A DNA stretch of 64,000 nucleotides, taken from contig CAVORC010000047.1 in assembly GCA_963698505.1 (NCBI GenBank), forward strand, positions 495-64,494, written 5' to 3'. Shown in pieces: positions 26,962 to 36,268 of this stretch. The notes beneath the pieces were generated by a model. It did not search any database. It had not been told where the DNA came from and saw only the letters and a list, made by a program, of their open reading frames with translations. The translations under genes were made by a program, and so were the position numbers. The stretch comes from an uncultured Chloroflexia bacterium (lineage in GTDB: Bacteria > Chloroflexota > Limnocylindria > Limnocylindrales > CSP1-4). Numbering within the stretch: position 1 is the first letter of the stretch; each line of letters begins with the position of its first letter.

Positions 26962-27474
26962 ATGACCGACCAGACCAAGCCTGAAGACAGCACCCCGGAC
27001 GCGCAGCCGGCCGACACGCCGTCCGCAGCCTCCGCCCAGTCGGCGGCCAAGGCGGCGGCGCCGGGCTCCGGCCCACAGGAGCACGGCCCGGAAGAGCTGC
27101 CGTATATCGACGACCCTGTCACCAAGTGGTGGATCGCGATCATCATCGCAGTCTTCGCCCTCATCTTCGCCTGGGCCATCCTCTTCGGTGCTGGTGGCCT
27201 GTTCGACGGCATCCTCGACTCGGATGAACCCGCGGCGTCTCCCGAACCGACCCTGATCGCCTCCCCCACCGCCACAGAGGTTCCCTCTGTCGCACCCGAG
27301 GTCACGCCCGAGCCAGAGCTGACGGAGGTGCCAACCGTGGCACCAGAGCCGACGGTGCAACCGACGGCTGAGCCCCAGCCCACGGAGGCGGCGACACCAG
27401 CGACGACGCCCGGGGCGGAACCGACTGAGGCGCCCGCAGCCAGCGACGAGCCGGTCGCGAGCCCGGGCGGCTAG
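26962..27474 (+). CDS. Single-TM protein with Pro/Thr/Glu-rich extracellular tail (hypothetical)
   Basis: 170 aa. The TM is WWIAIIIAVFALIFAWAILFGAGGLF, followed by EPT/PEV low-complexity repeats. Confidence 0.45.
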   Translation: MTDQTKPEDSTPDAQPADTPSAASAQSAAKAAAPGSGPQEHGPEELPYIDDPVTKWWIAIIIAVFALIFAWAILFGAGGLFDGILDSDEPAASPEPTLIASPTATEVPSVAPEVTPEPELTEVPTVAPEPTVQPTAEPQPTEAATPATTPGAEPTEAPAASDEPVASPGG

Positions 27475-27483
27475 CGCCGTGGG

Positions 27484-28179
27484 GTGAGCCCCAACGGGCA
27501 GGTCCGGCACCCTGACGACGAATACGCCGCCCGGCGTGCAGCCATGGTCAGCGACCAGCTGGCAGCGCGCGGGATCCGTGATGGCGCCACGCTGGCCGCC
27601 ATGGCCCTGGTGCCACGCGAGGCGTTCGTGCCCGAGGCGCATCGCGACGCCGCCTACGCTGACGGAGCGATGCCCATCGGCCACGGGCAGACGATCTCGC
27701 AGCCATACATCGTCGCACGCATGACCGCGCTGCTGGATCTGCCCGCGCAGGGCTGGCCGTGGAGCGGTGCGCGACCAGTGGTGCTGGACGTGGGCACTGG
27801 CTCTGGCTACCAGGCGGCCGTGCTGGCACAGTGCGGCGCGCGCGTCATCTCGATCGAGCGCGACCCCGAGCTGGCTGCTGCTGCCCGGGAGCGCCTGACC
27901 GACCTCGGCTACGAGGTCGACGTCGTCGTGGGCGACGGCAGTGTGGGCTACCCGGCAGGCGCACCCTACGCTGGCATCGTCGTCGCCGCGGCCAGCCCGC
28001 AGGTCCCTGCGCCCCTCGTGGATCAGCTGGCCGACAGCGCCCGACTGGTCGTGCCGATCGGCTCGCGTGGCTCTCAACGCCTGACGGTGGTGCAGTGGGA
28101 CGGACGCCGGAGACGAACGTTCCACGCCGACGCCTGTGTCTTCGTGCCGCTGGTTGGAGCCCACGGCCACCCCGACTGA
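27484..28179 (+). CDS. pcm: Protein-L-isoaspartate O-methyltransferase
   Basis: GHGQTISQPYIVARMTALL and the SAM motif VLDVGTGSGYQAAVLA. Confidence 0.9.
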   Translation: MSPNGQVRHPDDEYAARRAAMVSDQLAARGIRDGATLAAMALVPREAFVPEAHRDAAYADGAMPIGHGQTISQPYIVARMTALLDLPAQGWPWSGARPVVLDVGTGSGYQAAVLAQCGARVISIERDPELAAAARERLTDLGYEVDVVVGDGSVGYPAGAPYAGIVVAAASPQVPAPLVDQLADSARLVVPIGSRGSQRLTVVQWDGRRRRTFHADACVFVPLVGAHGHPD

Positions 28180-28213
28180 TCAGCTGAGCGGGCCGGTGCT
28201 ATCCTCGCCCGCG

Positions 28214-29281
28214 ATGACACACGTCTTCGTTGCCCCCCACCCCGACGATGTCGCCCTGTCCTGTGGCGGCCTCATCGCGAGCCTGCGCGAGCTGGGCCAA
28301 TCGGTGACGGTCCTGACCGTCTATTCCGGAGGTGCCGGCGCCGACGTGTCGGACTATCGGCGCGAGGCCCTTGGCTTTGGCACCAAGTCACTGGCGCCCA
28401 ACACTGAAGCCTTCAACCGCAGCAATATCGCGGCCGAGTTCCCGGTCGCCACGATCACCGGTGTCGGTGCTCCCTGGCAAGCCGACCCCGACCGTCTCGA
28501 TGCCACGCAGGAGCGCGCCAACACGCAGGCGCGTCAGTTCTGGCAGCGTGCGGCGTGGTCCCGCAATGCCAACATCACCAACGAGTCTCACGAAGGTCGC
28601 CCTCTCCCGGACGACGTGTCCAGCCAGGGGACGCTGGCGCGCTATGACCTCGCGAGCGCCGACGAGTCGACGTGGCGCAAGGTCGAGGACGAACGCTGGG
28701 CGTACTTCATCGAGGCTGCGCTCGTGGACCTCGACCTTCCAGACGCCGTGCACCGTGGCTATGACGGCGACGAGCAGCTGCTGGGCCGGCCCTACGAGGA
28801 CGACGAGCCGCCGACGGAGGTCCTGCGCCGCGAGATCATGCGGCTCGAGCCGCAACAGGTCTACTTCCCGCTGGGCGTCGGTGGTCACGTCGACCATCGG
28901 CTATGTCGTGATGCCGGCCTGGCCCTGCTCACGGATGCTCCGGCATGGGTGATGCCGGCACCGAGCCTGGCCGGGAGGCTCTCCTTCTACGAGGACTTCC
29001 CCTACGCCTGGTGGAACGGCTTCGCCGGATCGCGGGATCTCGCCGCCCACGACATCGACGTGCCCGCGGGCCTGGCGCTGGAGGCGCGCTACGCCGACAT
29101 CAGCGACCAGCTGGAGCGCAAGAGTGCCGGCCTGAAGATGTATCCGCGACAGGTCGAGCGGCTGTTCGAGAGCGAGCAGGCGATGCTCGATGCAGTCACG
29201 GGATACGCCGCGCGGGTGGCTGAGGCGGGCGGAGTCGGCACTGGTGCCGCGGAGCGCTATTGGAGCGCCGTCCGCTCCTGA
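28214..29281 (+). CDS. PIG-L / LmbE family N-acetylglucosaminyl deacetylase-like protein with long C-terminal extension
   Basis: ATG at 28214 gives MTHVFVAPHPDDVALSCGGLIA, where PHPDD is the PIG-L signature. The conserved late motif GGHVDHR is also present. Confidence 0.75.
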   Translation: MTHVFVAPHPDDVALSCGGLIASLRELGQSVTVLTVYSGGAGADVSDYRREALGFGTKSLAPNTEAFNRSNIAAEFPVATITGVGAPWQADPDRLDATQERANTQARQFWQRAAWSRNANITNESHEGRPLPDDVSSQGTLARYDLASADESTWRKVEDERWAYFIEAALVDLDLPDAVHRGYDGDEQLLGRPYEDDEPPTEVLRREIMRLEPQQVYFPLGVGGHVDHRLCRDAGLALLTDAPAWVMPAPSLAGRLSFYEDFPYAWWNGFAGSRDLAAHDIDVPAGLALEARYADISDQLERKSAGLKMYPRQVERLFESEQAMLDAVTGYAARVAEAGGVGTGAAERYWSAVRS

Positions 29282-29309
29282 GCGACCCTGTTGGTCGCGG
29301 TTCGTCGCC

Positions 29310-30140
29310 TCAGGAGGAGGCACCCGGCCCCTGGGCCGCGCGCGACGTGCGGATGCCACGGTGGATGATGGGGATGCGGAAGAGGTCCCAGAGCACACTC
29401 AGCGCCAGTCCCGGTCGCACGCGCATGCGTGAGCCATGGATGTCGTGCCACATGACCGGCACGATGGCGTAGCTGTAGCCGAGGCTTCGAGCGAGGAAGA
29501 TCACCTCCGCATCGAAGACGATGCCGTCGGTCTTGAGGCGTCCGAAGACATCGTGTGCGGCAGCGCGACGGAAGCCCTTGAAGCCGCACTGCGTGTCGGG
29601 GACATCGCCGGTGACCCACATGCCGGCCAGGGCACGGTAGACCCGACCGAGCAGGCGGCGGTAGGTCGGCTGGCTCGCCCGGCGGTCGCTGCCGTCAGGC
29701 TGGATGCGGCTGCCGAGAGCGATGTCGTCGCCCACGAGCGCTTCGGTCAGGAACGGGATCTGGTCCGGCGGCGTAGCCATGTCGGCGTCCGCGAAGATGA
29801 TCAGGTCACTGGTGGCGGCCAGGACCCCGGCTGTCACGGCGGCACCCTTGCCGGCGTGGCGCCGACGGAGGACACGCAGACGTGGCGCGGAGCCATCGGC
29901 CCCTGGTCGGGCCTCGGGGCGCGCCTCCACGATGTCGACCGTGTCATCGGTGGAGCCGTCGTCCACCAGCAGCACCTCCCACGTCCCGATCTCATCCGAC
30001 GAGCGACCCTGGCTGCGCGCCGGCCCGCCGCGATACAACCAGCCGAAGAGCTCGTCCAGGGCGGGCTCGATGCGGTCGGCCTCGTTGTACGCCGGGAGGA
30101 CGATGGTGAGGCTGGCGCGGCTCGGGTCACGGGAGGTCAC
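29310..30140 (-). CDS. GT2 family glycosyltransferase, polyprenyl-phosphate sugar synthase type (DPM1/ArnC/GtrB-like)
   Basis: LTIVLPAYNEADRI...VLLVDDGSTDDT...FADADMATP, soluble and about 276 aa. Confidence 0.8.
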   Translation of the reverse strand: MTSRDPSRASLTIVLPAYNEADRIEPALDELFGWLYRGGPARSQGRSSDEIGTWEVLLVDDGSTDDTVDIVEARPEARPGADGSAPRLRVLRRRHAGKGAAVTAGVLAATSDLIIFADADMATPPDQIPFLTEALVGDDIALGSRIQPDGSDRRASQPTYRRLLGRVYRALAGMWVTGDVPDTQCGFKGFRRAAAHDVFGRLKTDGIVFDAEVIFLARSLGYSYAIVPVMWHDIHGSRMRVRPGLALSVLWDLFRIPIIHRGIRTSRAAQGPGASS

Positions 30141-30286
30141 CCGGAGAGGCTAGCGGGCCTGTCCAGCCCACCAGATGGCTCCATGGTCCCATGCGGAACG
30201 CCCCGCAGTGCTCGAATTCGCCCAGTGGGACCACCGAGGGTGGGCCTTTCGTACTCCCGGGGAGGCAGGGTGTGCGTTGCTAGTGT

Positions 30287-31937
30287 GTGCGCGACATGGC
30301 GATCCCCATCCTGCTGTTCGCGGTCGCCCTCATCGCGCGGGTGCTCACCGCGGTGCTCTTCATCGAACCCGCCTATCCCGATTCCTACTACTACGCCAAC
30401 GTGGCTCGGGAGCTCGCCGCCGGTGGCGGCTTCCGTGTCGACTACATCTGGAATTTCGTGGAGGTCGGCGGCACGCTGCCGGCCGAGGGCCTGCTGCCGA
30501 TCCCGTCGAATGCGCACTGGATGCCACTGGCGGCGCTGATCCAGGTGCCGTTCATCTGGCTGATGGGCCCGACGAGCCTCGCCGCCGCCCTGCCGTTCTG
30601 GCTCGCTGCGGCCGCCGTGGCACCCCTCACCTGGTTCATCGCGCGCGACGCCGGCATGCCGTCCTGGCAGGCGGCCGCAGCGGGCCTGCTGGTGATCGTG
30701 CCCGCGGGCGTCTCGCCGTTCCTGGGGCAACCCGACAACTTCGCCATCTTCATGCTGCTGGGTGCGCTGGCGCTGTGGCTGTGCGCTCGAGGCCTGCGCG
30801 GGCATCGGCGCTCGTTCGCCGCGGGCGGCGTGGTCGTGGGCCTGGCCTTCCTCTCGCGCAACGACGGTGTGCTGTTGGGCCTGCCGTTCGCACTCTCCGT
30901 CGCCCATGACCTGTTGCGTCGACCACGCCTCTCGCGCATCGGCTGGTGGCCCGCAGTCCTGTGCGCGGCCGGCTTCCTGCTCGTGTCGATACCGTGGCTC
31001 TGGCGCCAGCTGGATGTCTTCGGCTCCATCTCGCCGTCCTCCGCCGGTGGCCGCATCCTCTTCATCAGCGAGTACCGCGAGCTGTACAGCGTGACCAGCG
31101 TCACGACCCTGGAGTCGTTCCTCTCGCAGGGCATCGGTGCCGTGCTGGAGAGTCGCCTGGGAGGCCTGTGGGACGCCCTGCTGATCTTCGTGGCCATGCC
31201 GATGCTGGTCCTCCTGGTGCCGTTCCTGATCGCCGGCGCCTGGCTGCGGCGTCGCAGCCCCGACTTCGCACCCTGGTTCATCTACGCCGCAGCGCTGTTC
31301 CTCTTCACGGCCCTCGTCTCCGCGGTCCACGTGCCCTACGGGACGTTCATCCACTCGGCCGTGGCGTTGCTGCCGCATGCCTACATGCTGGTGCTGACGG
31401 GGCTCGCCGCCGTCGTGGGCTGGGTGGCATCGCGCCGCCCCTCATGGGACGCGCCGAAAGCGAGCCGAAACTTCAGCTTCATGCTGGTCGGCGTCATCGC
31501 CGTGGCGTCGATCGTCGCCACGCTCTCCACGACCGATGCCTGGAAGCGCGAACGCGACGGACGCGTCGAGGTGCTGGCCACGCTGGCGCGAAGTCGCCGA
31601 TACCGGCGATATCGTCATGAGCCCCGACGCGGGCGCCTACCAGTTCCACGGTGACTGGGGAGGCATCGTCACCCCTGATGACCCCCTGTCCACGGTCGAA
31701 GAGGCCCTGCGCCTCTACGACGCGCGCTGGCTGGCGCTCGAAGGCGCTCACATCACGGCCGGGCTGCGCCCGGTGCTGGCAGGCGACCTCCGCCCGGCGT
31801 GGCTGTCCGAGCCGCTGCTGGAGGTACCTCCCCTGCCGCCGACGGAGGACGGAACGGACTCCGAGACGGCGCCACTCCCGCGCGCGGCTCTCTATGCGGT
31901 GTGCCTGCAACCCGCCGATCCCCGGTGCCACCCGTGA
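30287..31937 (+). CDS. GT-C fold (ArnT/PMT_2-like) membrane glycosyltransferase 1; one apparent frameshift near 31588
   Basis: Polytopic. The N-terminus is LIARVLTAVLFIEPAYPDSYYYANVAREL. The C-terminal soluble domain continues in ORF 31536-31937 (EVADTGDIVMSPDAGAYQF...). Confidence 0.7.
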
Positions 31938-33587
31938 CCCTCGCCATCCCCGTGGGACTGTATCTGCTGGCACTGGTGGTCCGGCTCGTGGCAGCCGGAC
32001 AGCTTCCCTTCCCCACCACCGAGCCCAGCGCCTACTACGTCGACGTGGCACAGAACCTGCTGGCCGGCAGCGGCCTCGTCGCCGACGGCGTGTGGAGCTA
32101 CGCGACGCCGCCGCTGGTCGGTGCCCAAGCCAGCCTTCGAGCTGTGGCTCCCGATGAGCACCTTCGTCTCGGCCGCCGCGATGAGCGTGCTGGGGTCGAC
32201 GTTCTGGGCCGCGCAGGTGGGCGGCGCCGTGCTCGGCGCGGCCGTGGCTCCCCTCGCCTGGGCCATCGGCCGCGAAGCGGCCCGGACGCAGGGGCTCGAC
32301 AGGCGACGCACGGGGGCGGTGGCCATCGCGGCCGGCTTGCTGGCCGCCATCATGAGCCCCCTGGTGCTCGGGTCGATCGTGCCCGACTCCTACACGCCCT
32401 TCACCGTGTTCATGCTTGCCGCTGCCCTGCTCGTCCCGCGGGTCATCGGCACCCGCTGGGGAGAGGTGGACGAGCGTCCCGCGAGCGCCATCGCCGGACT
32501 CGCGCTCGGCATCGCCATGGGCCTGGCCTACCTCTCGCGCCAGGAGGTCGTCTGGCTGGGACTGACGGTGGTGCTGATGCTGACCTGGGCGCTGCGAGCG
32601 CGCGCACCCGGCACCCGGCTGCGCGAGGCCGCGAGCCGCCTCTGGCCGGTGCTGGCCGGCGGACTGCTGGTGGTGACGCCATGGCTCATCCGCAACATGG
32701 CCGAGCTCGGCAGCCCGTTTCCGGGCCAGGCGATCGAGAACATGTTCCTCATCGACAACGAGGACATCTTCGCCTTCAGCGAGCGGCCCACCGCGGCGGC
32801 CTACCTGCGACAAGGTGTGGGCACGCTGCTGGGCAACCCGCTGGCTGCGGCCTGGGACAGCTTCATCAACGTGCTCGCTGTGCCCGCGTTCCCCGTCGGC
32901 ATCGCTGGCCTGGTCGCCCTGGTGGGACTCCGCCGCGGGCCTGCACTGCGGCGGCCGACGGCGCTGGTCGCGCTCCTGCTGTCCGGCGCCTTGACCTTCG
33001 CGAGCACGGTGCTGCTCTTCCCGGTGGCCACGCTGTGGGGCACGTTCATGCATGCCTCGGGCCCGCTGCTGGTGGGTCTTGGCATCGCGGCCGCACTCGG
33101 CGGCGATGCGCTGCTGGCGGGCATCTCCCGGATGCGGGACTGGGAGCGGCCCAACATCATCCTGGCGCCGGTGGCGCTCGTGGGCATGGCCGGGCTCATC
33201 ACCGTCTTCGGCGTGTGGGTCTTCTCCACGCAGTCGCGTGAGACGCAGGATCGCTACACCGACCTCGCGGCATCGTTGCAGGCAGCGGCACAGGAGTCCG
33301 GCCGACCGTTGCCCACGACGCTCATCACCGACCATCCCATGTGGCTGGCCGGCGCCGTCGATCGCTATGCCATCGCGTTGCCCGACGAGGAGCCGGCTGC
33401 CGTCCTCGAGCTGGGCCGCCTGTTCGACGCTCCCTGGGTGGTCGTCATCGACGAGCGCGGACGCTACCCGGACGCGCTGCTGGATCCGGCAGGACGCGGC
33501 TGCCTGGACGCCGACCCGCAGGCACTGGACATGGGTGGCGGTGACGCCTGGCTCTTCCGGCTCGCAGCGGAGTGCGCTCCGTCGTGA
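31934..33587 (+). CDS. GT-C fold (ArnT/PMT_2-like) membrane glycosyltransferase 2; one apparent frameshift near 32118
   Basis: The GTG at 31934 overlaps the upstream stop (GTGA). The N-terminus is LVVRLVAAGQLPFPTTEPSAYYVDVAQNL, paralogous to the preceding gene. It continues in ORF 32121-33587. Confidence 0.7.
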
Positions 33588-33792
33588 GCATCGGGGCCGG
33601 GAGCACGAGCACCAGCGCCTATACTCCGAGCCACATGGAAGCTGGCATACCGCCTGCGCGGCGGCAACGCATCGCAAGAGATCGAGCCGGCGCGCGGGTA
33701 CGGTCCCGTCGCCGGCCAACGGACATCGTCAGCCATGCGGACGCAGCCACGACCCCCGGGCGTGTGCAGCAGCCGAGGGAGAGGAGTGTGGA

Positions 33793-34539
33793 ATGACAGC
33801 AGACGAGTACTCAGGACCTGATCGTCGCCGTGGTGGCCCCGACCGGCGAGACCCCAATGCGCGAGTCAAGATCCTGCTCGTCGATGACCATGCCCTCTTC
33901 CGTGTGGGTATGCGGCAGACCCTCGACTCGGAGGCGGACTTCGATGTCGTGGCGGAGGCGGACGACTCGCGCAGCGCCATCGACGCGGCAGCGGCACACA
34001 CGCCGGACATCGTTCTGCTCGACCTCTCGCTGCCCGCCCCCGGCGGCATCGAGACGACGCAGCGCGTCAAGCGCGAGGTGCCCAGCGCCGGCATCGTCGC
34101 GCTCGCCGCATCAGAGGACGAGGATCAGCTCTTCGAGGCCATCAAGGCCGGTGCGGCTGCCTTCCTGCTCAAGGACATCGCCCCCGAGGACCTCGTCACC
34201 ATCATCCGCCGCGTGAACCACGGCGAGTACCTCATCAACGACAAGGTCTTCGCGCGTCCGTCCGTGGCCAATCGTGTGCTCAAGGAGTTTCGCGAACTGG
34301 CCGTGTATGGCCAGGAGGCGGCACCGATCTTCGCGCCACTGTCGCCACGCGAGGTGGAGATCCTGGACAACATCGCCAAGGGCATGACCAACAAGCAGGT
34401 CGCCTACGCCCTCTCCATCAGCGAGCAGACCGTGAAGAACCACATGAGCTCGATCCTGCGCAAGCTGTCGGTGAACGACCGCACGCAGGCGGTGGTGTAC
34501 GCCATGAAGCAGGGCTGGATCAGGATCCCCGAGGATTGA
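33793..34539 (+). CDS. Response regulator, NarL/LuxR (DegU-like) family
   Basis: REC domain (KILLVDDHALFRVG...DIVLLDLSLP...) plus LuxR HTH (LSPREVEILDNIAKGMTNKQVAYALSISEQTVKNHMSSILRKL). An Arg-rich N-terminal tail carries GPDRR twice. Confidence 0.9.
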   Translation: MTADEYSGPDRRRGGPDRRDPNARVKILLVDDHALFRVGMRQTLDSEADFDVVAEADDSRSAIDAAAAHTPDIVLLDLSLPAPGGIETTQRVKREVPSAGIVALAASEDEDQLFEAIKAGAAAFLLKDIAPEDLVTIIRRVNHGEYLINDKVFARPSVANRVLKEFRELAVYGQEAAPIFAPLSPREVEILDNIAKGMTNKQVAYALSISEQTVKNHMSSILRKLSVNDRTQAVVYAMKQGWIRIPED

Positions 34540-35831
34540 GCGCGCCGGAGCCGCCCCGCGCTCCGGGCATACCGCCCACCGCGGCGGGTCAGTCGGGCCA
34601 GGCCGGTCACGCCCCCGGGGAGCAGGGATCGGGGCCAGCCCGGCCACCCGGGCCCGGCACCGGTCTGACGGCGCCCACCATCGGCGGACTGCGCGCCGAG
34701 ATCGAGGAAGACATCCGCCGCATCGAGGGCGAGAACGGCGAGATCGACATGCTCATGGAGCAGGTCCTCCTCGAGATCGAGCGGCACGAGGGGCGGCGCA
34801 CGAAGATGGAGGGTCGGCTGGCCGGTCTGGAGACCAGCGGCACTGCCGATCCTGATGAGCTCAGCGAGCTGCGCGACGGACTGCTGGCGCTGACTCGCCG
34901 TGAGCTGCTCTTCGATGCGCAGCGGCAGGTGCTGGAAGGCAAGCAGCGCGTGCTGGCCCGCTTCCTGCAGCGCCTCGTCGAGATCGACAACAGCCTCTCC
35001 GCCATGGGTGGCGCTCCGACGCGGCCGGCGCCCATGGCGTCGCCCGGTCTGCGAGCCCTCGCCACCGCGGCAGGCGGCAGCGGTGCGCCAGGGCTCAACC
35101 AGCCGGCGATGGCGATCCGCAGCCAGGAGGACCTGCGGCGCGACATCGTACGCCGACTCCACGACGGCCCGGCGCAGTCCATCGCCAACATCGGCCTGCA
35201 GATCGAGATCGTCGAGCGGCTGATGCAGAAGGAGGATCCGCGCGCGGGCGATGAGGTCAAGGCGTTGGGACGGCTGGTCCAGCAGGCCCTGGACACGACG
35301 AAGGAGTTCATCTTCGAGATCCGGCCCATGGTCCTCGATGACCTGGGCCTGGGGCCGACCATCCGCCGCACCGTCAGCGACCGCGGGCGCCGCTCGGGCA
35401 TCAACATCGACTTCGACTCGCAGGGGATCGAGGAACGCCTGGACCCCGACCTCGAGAGTGTCGTCTACCGCAGCGTCGACGAGGCCATCGCGGGCTTCGT
35501 CGCCCTACGCCCGCCCTCCGTGCTGGTGCGCCTCGACTGGGGCGAGCGCGAGCTGGTGGCAACGGTCGAGGGGACCTGGCCGCGTGTCAATCTGGAAGGG
35601 CAGTCGGAGTCCAGCGAGGCGGCCACGGCCCGCTCGGTCGACACCCCACCCGCGTTGCTGGCGATGATGCAGGAGAAGCGGTCCGCCGACCAGGCCGCGG
35701 ACCGAGCCACCCGCGCCCTGCCGCCCGACCGCGTCAACGAGATCGGCAATCGCGCCAAGGCCCTGGGCCTGACGCTGACCATGCGCGGCGAGGGCCAGAT
35801 CATGGAGCTGGTGGCTCCCATCAAGCGCTAG
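34536..35831 (+). CDS. Cytoplasmic DegS-like HisKA_3 histidine-kinase homologue with degenerate ATP-binding domain
   Basis: TTG start overlapping the RR stop. The N-terminus is coiled-coil and there is no TM. The H-box RRLHDGPAQS is intact. The N-box position reads VDEAIAG (no Asn), and I see no DxGxG or GxGL boxes. Confidence 0.7.
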   Translation: MSAPEPPRAPGIPPTAAGQSGQAGHAPGEQGSGPARPPGPGTGLTAPTIGGLRAEIEEDIRRIEGENGEIDMLMEQVLLEIERHEGRRTKMEGRLAGLETSGTADPDELSELRDGLLALTRRELLFDAQRQVLEGKQRVLARFLQRLVEIDNSLSAMGGAPTRPAPMASPGLRALATAAGGSGAPGLNQPAMAIRSQEDLRRDIVRRLHDGPAQSIANIGLQIEIVERLMQKEDPRAGDEVKALGRLVQQALDTTKEFIFEIRPMVLDDLGLGPTIRRTVSDRGRRSGINIDFDSQGIEERLDPDLESVVYRSVDEAIAGFVALRPPSVLVRLDWGERELVATVEGTWPRVNLEGQSESSEAATARSVDTPPALLAMMQEKRSADQAADRATRALPPDRVNEIGNRAKALGLTLTMRGEGQIMELVAPIKR

Positions 35832-36010
35832 CTGCGCCACCGCGAGCGCCGGCAGCAACGGCTGGGTCAGCGGCTCCGTCGCCACCGGTGGCCGGACATG
35901 CGGGCAGATGCACCCCGTACCCCCGGCCCATTCCTCCGGCTCGCACGGTTTGCGACTCTTCCTGCAGCGCTCACGCAGCGCGAGTCTTGAGGGAAGGAGG
36001 TACCACCAAC

Positions 36011-36178
36011 GTGACCGTTTTCACCGACTGGCTGACGACTCTCCGTCAGGATGACGGGCAGGGCCTGGCCGAGTACGCACTCATCCTGGCGCTCATCGCC
36101 ATCATCGCCATCGCAGCGCTGATCTTCCTCGGCGGCGAGATCTCCTCGATCCTTTCGACCATCGGCGCCCAGATCTAG
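36011..36178 (+). CDS. flp: Flp/Fap family type IVb pilin
   Basis: GTG at 36011 follows GGAAGGAGG. DDGQGLAEYALILALIAIIAIAALIFL contains the G/xxxxEY prepilin motif and a hydrophobic core. 55 aa. Confidence 0.85.
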   Translation: MTVFTDWLTTLRQDDGQGLAEYALILALIAIIAIAALIFLGGEISSILSTIGAQI

Positions 36179-36203
36179 GCGAACCGTCCCACATCGCAGC
36201 ACC

Positions 36204-36240
36204 AACGACGCCGGCTACGAAGCCGGCGTCGTTCTTCGTG
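36204..36240. terminator. Hairpin between convergent flp and sulfotransferase genes
   Basis: AACGACGCCGGCT-acga-AGCCGGCGTCGTT, followed by cttcgtg. Confidence 0.5.
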
Positions 36241-36268
36241 TGCCCGGGGCCCCGCGTCGGCGCGATGA

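Noticed and set aside
26929-28170. 413-aa minus ORF (and 26868-27383 minus)
   Set aside because: It is antisense to the well-supported pcm gene and to the Pro/Thr-rich protein gene. The composition is Arg/Gly/Asp-rich with no recognisable motif.
30137-33719. Long minus ORFs 30137-31378 (413 aa) and 31494-33719 (741 aa)
   Set aside because: They are antisense shadows of the two GT-C genes. They are extremely Arg/Gly/His-rich, with no TM or domain signatures.
33052-33792. N-terminal 247 aa of ORF 33052-34539
   Set aside because: This part overlaps the 3' end of GT-C 2 in another frame. The response regulator begins at ATG 33793, just before its REC domain.
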